From Gammaproteobacteria bacterium (GTDB lineage: Bacteria; Pseudomonadota; Gammaproteobacteria; Eutrophobiales; Eutrophobiaceae): a stretch of DNA of 64,000 bases. Both the position numbers and the translations under genes were made by a program. The stretch is from the NCBI GenBank assembly GCA_965198875.1, contig CBDAPU010000001.1:643146-707145 (forward strand). Reading direction: 5' to 3'. Of this stretch, positions 10,842 through 21,061 are shown one piece after another (position 1 is the first letter of the stretch; each line of letters begins with the position of its first letter). The notes under the pieces are model-generated. The model saw only the letters and a program-made list of their open reading frames with translations, made no database searches and was not told the origin of the DNA.

Positions 10842-12188
10842 TCATGAGGATACGCCGCTCCTTTGGGATAATGCCTCTTCCAATGTCTTCTTGCGACTCA
10901 TTTCGCTTCTTATAAACTCAATCCATTGCTCAGCGGATTTTCGACTGCGTTTATCTCTGGATGCATTCTGCATGGATTGTAGCGCTGAGTTATATTGTTG
11001 CAATTCAATCTGTGCCGAGCCCAGCATCAGATAAGCCTGGTCTTTACGTTTAATGCCTCCCTTTTCCAAACCGCGGTTAATGGCGTCCACCGCATTTTTA
11101 TATTGATTCAGATTGAGATACGCCTGACCAAGACGCACTTCCAGGTCGCCGTCTTTGGCCTTGCTGGCGGCCTGTTTCAATGGCGATATGGATCGCTTGC
11201 TGTGACCCGCCTGGATCCAGGCTTGGGATAACAGACGCAAGTTTTTCACCTTCTTCTCTATCTTGCCTTCCTTGATCCCTTTTTCCAGTACCAGCGCCGC
11301 TTTGTAGGGTACATCGTGCAACAGATAAAGATTCGCCAGGTTTAATTGCTGATTACCTTTTTGAAGGTTACCACTTTCATACATCATCTCCATGATGGCC
11401 ATCTGTTTGTCATAGCGTTTCAATTCTGAATAGGAACCCGCCATCGTCAACCAGTATTCCGGCTTTGGATACAGTGCGACCATCTCTTTGAGCACCTCGA
11501 TCATGTTCTTATAATCACCAAGATTAAAATAATTCACACGCATTAAGAGCAGTAGATTCTCTTTCGGCTGATCCCCCCTGGCCTTCACCAGAGAATAGGC
11601 CTTCTTCAGTGGCGCCAGTGATTGTTTGTATTGCTCTAGCTGGTAGTAAGCCTGCCCCAACAACATATAGGCGTTTTCAGTGGGCCTCTCCGTGCGCGCA
11701 AACCACTTATTGATGATCTGGATGGCTTTTTTGTAGTCTTCAATAATGAAATACAACTGCGCCAGCGTATAAAGTGAATTGATCTCCAGGGCCTCGGGCA
11801 ATTCCGGTTGTTGTAGCACCTTCTCATAGGAGCGGATAGCGTCCCTGTACTGCTCCAGGGTAAAATACGTGTAAGCGAAATAATTGTATAACTGTGCTTT
11901 TTCATAAGGCGTCAGTTTCGGCTGTTTCTCCAGATCACCTAACACCGAAAGCCCCTGTTTATAATTTTTCGCCTCTATCAACTCTTGCGCCTCGGTGAGT
12001 TTTTTATAGACCTTCTCACCCATGGAAGCGGCCTTTCTGGTTTTACGTTTCTCGCCTGATCCGCCCTCATCCGCCCAGATCACCGGCCCATAGGCGCTCA
12101 TTAAAGTGGATGTGATAAACAGCGCAACCACGAGCATTACGCTGTGTTGAAATGACTTGAACACCGTAGCATGCTGGATATGTTTCAT
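10842..12188 (-). CDS. TPR-repeat periplasmic protein (TtpD-like) of the TonB2 cluster
   Basis: N-terminal signal peptide, multiple TPR-like repeats, and a position downstream of tonB. Confidence 0.7.
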   Translation of the reverse strand: MKHIQHATVFKSFQHSVMLVVALFITSTLMSAYGPVIWADEGGSGEKRKTRKAASMGEKVYKKLTEAQELIEAKNYKQGLSVLGDLEKQPKLTPYEKAQLYNYFAYTYFTLEQYRDAIRSYEKVLQQPELPEALEINSLYTLAQLYFIIEDYKKAIQIINKWFARTERPTENAYMLLGQAYYQLEQYKQSLAPLKKAYSLVKARGDQPKENLLLLMRVNYFNLGDYKNMIEVLKEMVALYPKPEYWLTMAGSYSELKRYDKQMAIMEMMYESGNLQKGNQQLNLANLYLLHDVPYKAALVLEKGIKEGKIEKKVKNLRLLSQAWIQAGHSKRSISPLKQAASKAKDGDLEVRLGQAYLNLNQYKNAVDAINRGLEKGGIKRKDQAYLMLGSAQIELQQYNSALQSMQNASRDKRSRKSAEQWIEFIRSEMSRKKTLEEALSQRSGVSS

Positions 12189-12200
12189 CTTCGCCCCCCG

Positions 12201-12821
12201 TCAGTCTTCAATTTCAAACGTGATCTTGTTTTGCACCCCGGGCACCTCGATGGGTTCGCCGTCCACCACCCGGGGTTTGTACTTAAACTTCGCCGCCGCC
12301 TGTATGGCCGCTTTGTTAAAGATGTTACTGGGTTTCGCCTCAACCACCTGTATATCCCGTGTCGCCCCCTGTTTTGTTACCGTGAATTGCACAATCACAT
12401 AACCTTCAATGCCTCTGGATAGGGCCCGTCTTGGGTAGATAGGCTGAACCTTGACAATCGGCAGATATTCACCATCACTGGGGGCAAGGCCAAAACCACT
12501 GGCGTTTAATTTAATACTGGTCGTCACCGGGCCGGCGGTGACCGCCATGGTCCCGGTTTCCGGGGTGATATCATCCATGGAGGGTGGCGGTGGCTCAGGG
12601 GGCGGCTCATCGGGTTGCGGCGGTTTCTCCGGTGGTGGTTCCCGGCGATTGACCGTCTCACTTTGCTTGATGCGAACGAAATCCGGCAGGCGAAGGGATT
12701 TGGTTTTATCCAGATCCATGGTCGCTGACTGGATCAAATACTGCATCAGCCAGAACAAACCAAATACGACAAAAAAGGTCGCCACTACCGCAACGCCACA
12801 TCTTGCATATATATTCGTCAA
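12201..12821 (-). CDS. tonB: TonB energy transducer
   Basis: N-terminal TM anchor, a Pro-rich spacer (EPPPEKPPQPDEPPPEPPPP), and a C-terminal TonB domain. Confidence 0.8.
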   Translation of the reverse strand: MTNIYARCGVAVVATFFVVFGLFWLMQYLIQSATMDLDKTKSLRLPDFVRIKQSETVNRREPPPEKPPQPDEPPPEPPPPSMDDITPETGTMAVTAGPVTTSIKLNASGFGLAPSDGEYLPIVKVQPIYPRRALSRGIEGYVIVQFTVTKQGATRDIQVVEAKPSNIFNKAAIQAAAKFKYKPRVVDGEPIEVPGVQNKITFEIED

Positions 12822-12833
12822 ACCACGAGCCTC

Positions 12834-13241
12834 TTATTTATTCGCTGATAAGGCGATTTCCTCATCCGTAATACCGGCAAGATGCAAAGCGTCAATGACG
12901 CCGACCAGCATCTTGTTTTTCGACTCCTCATCCGCCTGGATCACGATGGAGCCTTCCGGGTTCTCCGAGCGCAGTCTTTTAACGTTCGGTATGACGGAGC
13001 GTATATCGATCTTCCGTTTCTCAATCCAGATATTATTCTTCGCATCGATGGCGATCAAAATATTGGCCTTGTCCTGGACTGTGGCGGTTTGCGCCTCAGG
13101 CTTGTTCACATGCACACCCGCCTCTTTAATAAAATTGGCGGTGACAATGAAAAAGATCAACATAATAAATACGATATCGATCAGGGGGGTGATATCAACA
13201 TCGGACTCTTCCTGCTGGCTGGCTTGTGAGATTCTACGCAT
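12834..13241 (-). CDS. exbD: ExbD/TolR biopolymer transport protein
   Basis: 135-aa protein with a single TM helix and the ExbD fold pattern. Confidence 0.85.
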   Translation of the reverse strand: MRRISQASQQEESDVDITPLIDIVFIMLIFFIVTANFIKEAGVHVNKPEAQTATVQDKANILIAIDAKNNIWIEKRKIDIRSVIPNVKRLRSENPEGSIVIQADEESKNKMLVGVIDALHLAGITDEEIALSANK

Positions 13242-13286
13242 CGTTTCACCTCAGTATTGACATTGGTTATCTCTTAAACACATGCA

Positions 13287-13868
13287 CTAATGATCCATCG
13301 TCATTTGCTCTGAGAGCTTTTCTATTTCCACCGTTGCCTTACTGCTTAACCACACACTGATAAAATAGCCTGACAGGGCGGCCACCAAACCGGACATGGT
13401 GGGAATCGTCGCCTGGGTGACGCCGGCGGCCATGGCACGGGCATTACTGGAGCCCAAAAAAGCCATCACTTCAAATACAGTGATCATGCCGGTTACGGTG
13501 CCTAACAGGCCGACAAGCGGGCACAGGGCGACACACACTTTGATGAGGCTCAGAAACTCATTGGTCTTTAACCTGACCTCGGAGATTAAACCTTCCCGTA
13601 CACGGTGGGCATGCCATGATTTTCGCTCTGCACGCCCCTCCCACTCATCCATGGCGTTTTGAGCGATCCCTTCATGGACAAAATAGAAATAAAAAAAACG
13701 CTCCAGAATGAAGATCCACATGATCACCAGCACCACGGCGACGATGGGGATGACGGGGCCGCCAATTTCAAAGAAATCCTGCACCGCCTCCCAGGCATTC
13801 ACCACCACCTGCTCAAGGCCAATAACCGAGGCGATAGCGCGAAAAATGTAATAGATAAAATCTAGCAC
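13287..13868 (-). CDS. exbB: ExbB/MotA/TolQ proton channel
   Basis: Three-TM MotA/TolQ/ExbB signature (LGLLGTVTGMI). Confidence 0.8.
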   Translation of the reverse strand: MLDFIYYIFRAIASVIGLEQVVVNAWEAVQDFFEIGGPVIPIVAVVLVIMWIFILERFFYFYFVHEGIAQNAMDEWEGRAERKSWHAHRVREGLISEVRLKTNEFLSLIKVCVALCPLVGLLGTVTGMITVFEVMAFLGSSNARAMAAGVTQATIPTMSGLVAALSGYFISVWLSSKATVEIEKLSEQMTMDH

Positions 13869-13874
13869 AACGGA

Positions 13875-15269
13875 TTACGCTGACTGGCGCTTCTTCTCAG
13901 AGGACTGGGCGACAAATCCGGTGGCCTGCTCTTCGAGCACCTCGATCAGTTTTCTGCTCTGCCCCGCCATAATGCTATGCAGAAACACCGTCGGGATGGC
14001 AACGCACAGTCCCAACATGGTGGTGATCAGCGCCTGGGATATACCACCGGCCATCATTCTGGGGTCGCCGGCGCCATGCAGGGTAATGGCCTGGAAGGTG
14101 AGGATCATACCTATCACCGTACCTAGCAGACCGAGCAGCGGCGCAACCACGGAGATCACTTTCACCAGTGTATTAAAACGGCTCAGCTTGGGTACTTCCC
14201 GTAGCACCGCCTCACCCAGTTTTAATTCCAGCGATTCGATATCAAGCCCCCTGTTTTGTTGATAAATCGCCAACACCCGCCCTAATGGATTGCCGGGACT
14301 GGGCGCATCGGGATTACGTTTTTGTGCGGAGACTTTCATGTCTACGAAGAGCATCCATATTATTCTCACCAGGGCAACCACAAAGCCGATGGCGCCCAAG
14401 AGGATGATGATCATGCCAACCGTGCCGCCTTGTGTTGTTGCCCGCTCCCTCCAGGTGGGCAGATCGGCTAATTGCCCGAGCAAACTCCCCTTGCTGGGGT
14501 CCAGCGCAAACGCCACCACTGCACCAGTTGGCGCCACCGTTAAGTCCTCGGCGGTGCTCAAAATCCTGTCCTCCGGTTGCTTGGGTAGCTCGGAGACGGC
14601 GCCCGTTTTATTGTCATACCTCAGGAACTTACCATCGGCGACGATGTTAAACGTGCCGATGCGGATGACGTCTTTCTGCACCAGATCGCCACCTTGCACG
14701 AGAACATCGCCTTTGAACTTTTTCACTTTGCCTGTTTCGGTCATCTCCCGCTGGATCTCATACCAGAGACGTTCAATTTCCGCCATGCTGGGTAGCTCAT
14801 CGCCCGTGGCCATTTTCGCCGCCAGGCCATTTAGAAACTCACCTCTTTCGGGGTATTCAATCTGGGTTAGGGAATTGTCAAATGTGGCTCGGATATCGGT
14901 TGAGGCGGTTTGTATGACGCCGAAGAGTTCTTTTAATTCACCCAGACTTTTTTCCAGCTCCACCTTGAGCACATCCAGTTCGTCCTGATTGGCTTCAAAG
15001 CGAACCTCCAGTTGCTCGCTGATCTGCTCCAGGCGGGCACGTTCGGCTTTCGCCTCTGTGATCAGCTGCGCCTGGCGCGCCTTGTTTTTCATGAACTCGG
15101 CCTCACGGGTCTTGTTCTCCCGGGTATCCTTGACGGCGCCTTCTTCTACCTGCCTCAGCAACGCATCCAGGCTCACAGGGTCTGCGGCCACCGAGCCGCC
15201 AGTCAAGCCCAGGGCGCCGATCATAAACGATGAGATAAGTACTGTTTTTATTGTTTTCATGATCTTCAC
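13875..15269 (-). CDS. long MotA/TolQ/ExbB-family protein with an N-terminal periplasmic coiled-coil domain (TtpC-like)
   Basis: Signal peptide, coiled-coil region, and a C-terminal ExbB-like channel (LGLLGTVIGMI). Confidence 0.75.
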   Translation of the reverse strand: MKIMKTIKTVLISSFMIGALGLTGGSVAADPVSLDALLRQVEEGAVKDTRENKTREAEFMKNKARQAQLITEAKAERARLEQISEQLEVRFEANQDELDVLKVELEKSLGELKELFGVIQTASTDIRATFDNSLTQIEYPERGEFLNGLAAKMATGDELPSMAEIERLWYEIQREMTETGKVKKFKGDVLVQGGDLVQKDVIRIGTFNIVADGKFLRYDNKTGAVSELPKQPEDRILSTAEDLTVAPTGAVVAFALDPSKGSLLGQLADLPTWRERATTQGGTVGMIIILLGAIGFVVALVRIIWMLFVDMKVSAQKRNPDAPSPGNPLGRVLAIYQQNRGLDIESLELKLGEAVLREVPKLSRFNTLVKVISVVAPLLGLLGTVIGMILTFQAITLHGAGDPRMMAGGISQALITTMLGLCVAIPTVFLHSIMAGQSRKLIEVLEEQATGFVAQSSEKKRQSA

Positions 15270-16045
15270 TCCGGCGCGCTGACAGGCAAAATGAATAGTT
15301 CAGGGGCAATCTGTTTTTTCGCAATTTGTATTCCTTTCTTGATGTAGTTGCGGTACTCGGCCGCATCGATGGGAACCCATGAACGTGACGCCTTATCCCA
15401 AACCGCATTGTGTTTGCCATCTTCGGACTGATACACCATGGACACACGACCGAACCTCAGCACATTCGTATTCAGTTGTTTGCCATCAACATCCAGCACC
15501 TCGGTGTACGCATCCAGATTGCCGCCGAAGTCGGTCTCAATCTGATAGGCCTCAAACACCTTGCGTAATTTCTCCGCACCGATGACCTGTGCATCGCCAA
15601 TCACTTCTCTTAGCCTGGCTATCCGCTCTCGCCGTTCTTCTAAGTGGAAGGGCATATCCAGCTCGATGAATTGCTCCAGCGCATCGACCATGGAAAGCAT
15701 GAGTGGAAAGATCTGTCGCTCAACGATAGCATTTTCGGCGATGGCGTTTCTCAGTTGCGCTTTCCTGTCCTCCTGGGCCTGGATCTGTTGGCGAAACAAC
15801 TGATTGTAGACCTTTAGCCCCTCGATCACTTTCAGCTCCCGTTTGTACTGGGCGATTAGCTTATCGGTAGACTCAACGATTTTACCAACGCGCTTCTGGG
15901 AGGCCTTGTTCCCATCGGCCCGCTTGATACTGCTATCCACCGCCGAGTCCACCTTATCCGCCGAGAAGGCCACAGCATTCATGCCGACAACAAGGCACAG
16001 CATCAAGAGCTGTCGATATTTTATTGATCTGTATATTTTTTCCAT
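15266..16045 (-). CDS. DUF3450-like periplasmic protein (TtpB-like), first gene of the TonB2 operon
   Basis: Signal peptide and coiled-coil region. The ORF overlaps the downstream gene by 4 bp. Confidence 0.55.
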   Translation of the reverse strand: MEKIYRSIKYRQLLMLCLVVGMNAVAFSADKVDSAVDSSIKRADGNKASQKRVGKIVESTDKLIAQYKRELKVIEGLKVYNQLFRQQIQAQEDRKAQLRNAIAENAIVERQIFPLMLSMVDALEQFIELDMPFHLEERRERIARLREVIGDAQVIGAEKLRKVFEAYQIETDFGGNLDAYTEVLDVDGKQLNTNVLRFGRVSMVYQSEDGKHNAVWDKASRSWVPIDAAEYRNYIKKGIQIAKKQIAPELFILPVSAPE

Positions 16046-16084
16046 AAGCGCATAACCCCTCCACCCTTGCGGTGATTTTTCTAC

Positions 16085-16103
16085 GGTATAACGATAAACT
16101 CTT
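16085..16103. promoter_or_regulatory. candidate Fur box upstream of the TonB2 operon
   Basis: GTATAACGATAAACTCTTT matches the GATAATGATAATCATTATC consensus at about 13 of 19 positions. It lies 40 bp upstream of the first operon gene. Confidence 0.2.
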
Positions 16104-16612
16104 TTTTCACAGACTTAAACCTGAAAAGGGAACACAGATCCCATCAAAGTCTCCTTAGAGACAGGCTCGGTCTTTGGCGGCTCTTGCATCGTTTTTATTG
16201 TTTTAATTTTATTGCTCTGGCCTGATCTGATTTGAGAGGATACAACAGTATGTGAAACAGGGATACAATGTGATGTGATCACAGGCCCTGAGAAGCCGAC
16301 ATTAGCCATTTGCTCATTTTTAACTTCGCCCCCACATCCCCGTCAGACTCAAACAGCAACTGGATGAAATAGTATCAATTTACACCTATTAAAGATAAAG
16401 GAAATTCTACTTTGGCCTGTAAACAAGTGCAAATTTCAAGTTCATGCTACATGATCGGGCGAGAACCCCGATATTGGTGGCGGATCACATCGGCGCCCGG
16501 GATAATTCGCTGGCGGCGGCTCGTCAATGACTGCCCGGGCGGTTATCCACTTGCCAGGTTCAGGCGTTCTCGGTAGTTTGCCAAGGCTGAAGGACAACCA
16601 CATCCGGTTATC

Positions 16613-17662
16613 ATGATGCACCCCCAGGCTGAAACCACCGATGAGGTGTTACGGGCCTATGGCATTAAGGCCATTGAGACCCAGATCATCGATGCGGGTT
16701 TGATCAATACCACCTATCGCATCAAAGGCGACAAGGCATCGTGTTATATCCTGCAATCAGTCAATGCGAGGTTCCCTGCCGAGATAAACCATGACATTGA
16801 TATCGTCACCCGGCATCTACAGAGATCGGGCCTTATCACCCCCAGGCTGGTGTTGACCCGGGAAGGCGAGGTATTTCATCGGCGCAACAACCGGATCTGG
16901 CGCATGTTTGATTATATTGAAGGGAAGGTATTTCACCGGCTAAACGAGGCCAGGCAGGCACGGGCCGCAGGTGAGATGCTGGCGAAGGTGCATGTTGCTT
17001 TGGACCGGCTCGATGATGGGTTTGCAGCTCGCCACTCCCATGTTCATGACACACCCCGCCATCTCGCACACCTACGCGATACGCTCCTTAATAAAAGCGC
17101 TCACAGGCGATATGAGACTATCAAAGGATTGGGGGAGGCCATCTTGCAGCTCTCAAAGGGGCTTCCTCAACTGCCCGCTGTCCGGGAGAGAATGGTGCAC
17201 GGCGATCCGAAAATATCGAACTTTATTTTCTCCAGTGAGAATAACACGGCTATCTGCATGGTGGATTTCGACACACTCGGCAAAATGCCGATCTACATGG
17301 AAATAGCCGACGCCTTGCGTTCATGGTGCAACCCCTCAGGCGAAGACAGGGCTAGGGGATATTTTTCACTTAAACATTGCCATGGGGCACTGGAGGGATA
17401 CGCTAATTATGCCGCATCGCTACTGACTACTGATGAGTGGTGCGCTATTTTACCGGCCACATTAACGGTATTTATCGAGTTGGCCGCACGCTTTTGCGCC
17501 GATGCACTGAACGAGAATTACTTCTCCTGGGATGCAGAAAAATTCAGCAGCCACAGTGAACACAGTGAAATCAGGGCGCGCGGGCAACTCAATGCCGCCC
17601 ATTCGTTATTGAGTCAGTACGATGAAATCAACGGCTTAATGGCCGATCTATTCAGCCGCTAA
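16613..17662 (+). CDS. phosphotransferase-family (APH/homoserine kinase II-like) kinase
   Basis: Brenner motif HGDPKISNF and the DFDTLG Mg-binding motif. Confidence 0.6.
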   Translation: MMHPQAETTDEVLRAYGIKAIETQIIDAGLINTTYRIKGDKASCYILQSVNARFPAEINHDIDIVTRHLQRSGLITPRLVLTREGEVFHRRNNRIWRMFDYIEGKVFHRLNEARQARAAGEMLAKVHVALDRLDDGFAARHSHVHDTPRHLAHLRDTLLNKSAHRRYETIKGLGEAILQLSKGLPQLPAVRERMVHGDPKISNFIFSSENNTAICMVDFDTLGKMPIYMEIADALRSWCNPSGEDRARGYFSLKHCHGALEGYANYAASLLTTDEWCAILPATLTVFIELAARFCADALNENYFSWDAEKFSSHSEHSEIRARGQLNAAHSLLSQYDEINGLMADLFSR

Positions 17663-17707
17663 TGCGTCATGGCATTTAACAAGCTGGTGTTGTTGCAGTG
17701 AAGGAGG

Positions 17708-18373
17708 ATGACAACACTGATGACAAGGTATGAAATCAATATAGAGATTGAAGGCACTCTGGCCATGTGGTCGCGGCCAGATACGGGGTCCAGCCCGACT
17801 TCTTACCCGATACCCACCTGGTCAGCCGCCAAAGGGCTGTTTGAATCCATCGCTTTTTTCAGGGATGGACGTGCCTGGATAAACCCGACCCGTGTTGAGG
17901 TATGCAAGGCGCGTGCTTCGGCAAGCAACGGCGGCATTCATTTTCAAAAATACATGACCAACTATCGCGGGCCACTTCGTGAACCCAGCCTGATCAAGAA
18001 AAAAGCAAATTATCAACAGGCGGCCCAGGTGGTTGCCAACCCCTGCTATCGGCTCTATGCCAATATCGAAAACGGTTCGGGCAAGCCGCCGCGCTCAGGG
18101 GATAATCCAGGCCATGCACTGCAAGCCATGTTTGCGCGGCGGCTTAAAAAAGGCCAGTGCCATCACACGCCATGCCTGGGCTGGAGCGAGTTTGTGCCCC
18201 GCTACTGGGGGCAAATACGAGAGTCCACAGAAGTGGACACAGGCGTGAATGTGAATCTGGTCTCTGTATTAAAAGGCGTGTTTGATACACCCCTTCAGGG
18301 GCAATTCAAGCCGACATTTCAGCACGGAGACAATGCCTGGATTAAAGAGGGAGTGTTCCACTATGCTCAATGA
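17708..18373 (+). CDS. cas5: orphan Cas5c (type I-C Cas5d-like pre-crRNA endonuclease)
   Basis: Alignable with the two other Cas5c paralogs in this window, both in the N-terminal region (SYPIPTWSAAKGLFESI) and the C-terminal region (KKGQCHHTPCLGWSEF). AAGGAGG lies directly upstream. Confidence 0.7.
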   Translation: MTTLMTRYEINIEIEGTLAMWSRPDTGSSPTSYPIPTWSAAKGLFESIAFFRDGRAWINPTRVEVCKARASASNGGIHFQKYMTNYRGPLREPSLIKKKANYQQAAQVVANPCYRLYANIENGSGKPPRSGDNPGHALQAMFARRLKKGQCHHTPCLGWSEFVPRYWGQIRESTEVDTGVNVNLVSVLKGVFDTPLQGQFKPTFQHGDNAWIKEGVFHYAQ

Positions 18374-18547
18374 ACTTATTCTGGTTCGCAATGGTTTGGC
18401 AGCGATTGATCCTGACCGACCGAGCCCCATCCACAAGGATCTTTCCGATCCGGGATGGTTGCCTTGGGACAATCTGAATAGCGCCTTTCTCAATGCACGC
18501 TCAGGGCGATATGATCAGATGAGTATTTATGTGGATTGCCAATGCTA
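18362..18547 (+). pseudogene. possible remnant of a cas8c N-terminus (speculative)
   Basis: 61-codon ORF MLNELILVRNGL... sits immediately after the orphan cas5c, where cas8c would lie. It has weak resemblance to the M-I/L-L-x-L-x-x-Y pattern at Cas8c N-termini. Confidence 0.15.
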
Positions 18548-18604
18548 AGGTGGCGGCATTTCTATCAATACCTGTCGCTTCAAACAGCTTTCAAAGGCTG
18601 AACT

Positions 18605-21061
18605 ATGAAAAACGGGTTTATTGCCCATAAAAGAAAAAACACGGATACAGACCAGTTGCTCTCTACCCACTTGACCGAAGTGGCTGAGCTGGCCGCTGGT
18701 TTTGCAGAAAAGCTCGGCCTGACCGATGCCGGACGTTTGCTGGGTTTACTGCATGACTTTGGTAAATACAGCCATGAATTTCAGAATTACATCCAGGCAG
18801 CCACTGGCGGTATGGATCAGGATGATGAAAACTGGGTGGATGCGGATTTATTAAAGGGTAAAATCGATCACTCCAGTGCCGGTGCACAATTTATATGGAA
18901 TCGATTTAGCGGTGCTGGCGCACATAATCAAGGTGATCTGGTTGGCCAGGTTTTGGCGCTGTGCATCGCCTCTCACCATAGCGGCCTGATTGATTGTTTT
19001 GACATCAACAACAAACCAAAATTTAAGCAGCGAATGGATAAGGCGGATGACCGAACCCATCTCAAAGAGTGCAAGCAAAATGCCGATAAAGTCCTATTCA
19101 ACCGCATTGAACACCTTGCAAGCGCTCAGTTATGCAGCGACACCTTTAAGCGTATGCGGTCGGTTTCTCAGGATAACCCCGCGAAATGGTCGAAAATCGA
19201 CTGGTTTCATTTAGGCTTTTTTACCCGCTTTCTGTTCAGCACACTGATTGACGCCGACCGGCTAAACAGCGCTGAATTCGAAACGCCGAGCCGTAAACAA
19301 GACCGTTGTGAACGTGAACGCTACTTTGATTGGAGCATCGCCCAGAGCAGAGTTGAAGGCTTTATCGGCGCACTCAAACCCAGCCATCCTATCGATGGAC
19401 TAAGGCGGGATATTTCTGATCAATGCCGCCAAAAAGCACAAGGCAGGCAAGGCATCTATACGCTGACCATACCCACCGGCGGCGGCAAGACCTATGCCAG
19501 CCTTCGTTATGCGCTGCATCATGCGGCACAGCACGGGCTCGATCGGATTATTTACATCCTGCCTTACACTTCGATTATTGAGCAGAATGCAAAAGAGGTC
19601 CGCAAGGCCATTGAACGAGAAGGCGATCGATTCCCCTGGGTGCTGGAACAACACTCCAACCTGGAGCCGGACCAGCAAACCTGGCAAAGCAAGCTAATTG
19701 CCGAGAACTGGGACAGCCCCATTGTGCTCACCACCATGGTGCAGTTTCTTGAAACCTGCTTTGCGGGCGGCACGCGCAGCGTTCGGCGATTGCACCAACT
19801 GGCAAATAGCATCATTATCTTTGATGATATTCAGACCCTGCCCATTAACTGCGTACACCTGTTTTGCAATGCACTGAATTTTTTATCCGCTCACTGTAGT
19901 ACAACCGCCCTGCTCTGCACGGCGACACAGCCACTGCTCAACGAGTTAAAAAATAAAGCCAAGGGAGCGCTCGAAATACCCGCTGAAAATGAGATTGCAA
20001 GCGACGTTGCCGACCTGTTCGAGAAGTTGCACAGGGTTGATGTTGACCCCCGGATAAAAACCAAAGGCTGGCAAGTGGAGGACGTGGGGGAGTTGGCACT
20101 TGAACAGTTTACAGAAACCCAAAGCTGTCTGGTGATTGTCAACACCAAAAGCTGGGCACAGGATTTATACCAAGCCTGCCAGGATGCTTTGCCGAAAGAC
20201 GCCCTGTTTCACCTCAGCACCCACCAGTGCCCGGCACACCGCAAACAATGGCTGGATAAAATCCGCCGGCGTCTACAACAAAAACAACCGGTGTTGTGTT
20301 TCAGCACCCAGTTGATCGAAGCCGGTGTGGATATCTCCTTTGCGCGAGTGATTCGCTTTCTGGCCGGGCTGGACTCCATCGCTCAGGCGGCAGGGCGATG
20401 TAACCGTCACGGTGAAGCCGAAAAAGGGCAGGTGTTGGTGATCAACCCGGCGGAAGAGACAACCGGACTGCTGAAAGAGATTGAAGCCGGGAAAGATGCG
20501 GCCCGGCGTGTATTGGATGAGGGCTTTGACAATCTGGTGGCGCCAGCGGCGATGCGCCAGTATTTTAAGTATTACTTCCACGAACGGGCGGACGACATGG
20601 ACTACCGGCTGGATACTGCAAAACTTGGCCGCTCTGACTCCTTACTGAACCTGCTTTCAGATAACCCAAAGTCACAAGCAACTTATGCGGATCGCTGGCA
20701 GCAACAAGGAAAAATCCCTCTATTGAGCCAATCCTTTATGGAAGCCGGCAAACAATTCAAGGCCATTGAGGCCCCTACTGAAGCCGTTATTGTGCCCTTT
20801 GGTGAGGGTAAAAACATCATCGCAGAATTATGTGCTGTGGATGCTGAGTTTGACGCTGAAAAATATTATGAGCTCCTTCGGCAGGCGCAAAGTTACAGCG
20901 TCAATGTGTTTCCCAATGTATGGAAAAAGCTGCGAGAAAATAATGCAACACATGAAATCCAGCCCGGTTTGGGCATTTACCATTTGAATGAACGTTATTA
21001 CAGCGCTGACTTCGGCCTGAGCGATCAGCCCGTTGCTTTGATGGAGAATTACAACCTATGA
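18605..21061 (+). CDS. cas3: Cas3 HD nuclease-helicase (module 1)
   Basis: HD motifs (LHDFGK, ASHHSGL), helicase motif I TIPTGGGKT, and motif VI QAAGRCNRHG. Confidence 0.9.
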   Translation: MKNGFIAHKRKNTDTDQLLSTHLTEVAELAAGFAEKLGLTDAGRLLGLLHDFGKYSHEFQNYIQAATGGMDQDDENWVDADLLKGKIDHSSAGAQFIWNRFSGAGAHNQGDLVGQVLALCIASHHSGLIDCFDINNKPKFKQRMDKADDRTHLKECKQNADKVLFNRIEHLASAQLCSDTFKRMRSVSQDNPAKWSKIDWFHLGFFTRFLFSTLIDADRLNSAEFETPSRKQDRCERERYFDWSIAQSRVEGFIGALKPSHPIDGLRRDISDQCRQKAQGRQGIYTLTIPTGGGKTYASLRYALHHAAQHGLDRIIYILPYTSIIEQNAKEVRKAIEREGDRFPWVLEQHSNLEPDQQTWQSKLIAENWDSPIVLTTMVQFLETCFAGGTRSVRRLHQLANSIIIFDDIQTLPINCVHLFCNALNFLSAHCSTTALLCTATQPLLNELKNKAKGALEIPAENEIASDVADLFEKLHRVDVDPRIKTKGWQVEDVGELALEQFTETQSCLVIVNTKSWAQDLYQACQDALPKDALFHLSTHQCPAHRKQWLDKIRRRLQQKQPVLCFSTQLIEAGVDISFARVIRFLAGLDSIAQAAGRCNRHGEAEKGQVLVINPAEETTGLLKEIEAGKDAARRVLDEGFDNLVAPAAMRQYFKYYFHERADDMDYRLDTAKLGRSDSLLNLLSDNPKSQATYADRWQQQGKIPLLSQSFMEAGKQFKAIEAPTEAVIVPFGEGKNIIAELCAVDAEFDAEKYYELLRQAQSYSVNVFPNVWKKLRENNATHEIQPGLGIYHLNERYYSADFGLSDQPVALMENYNL

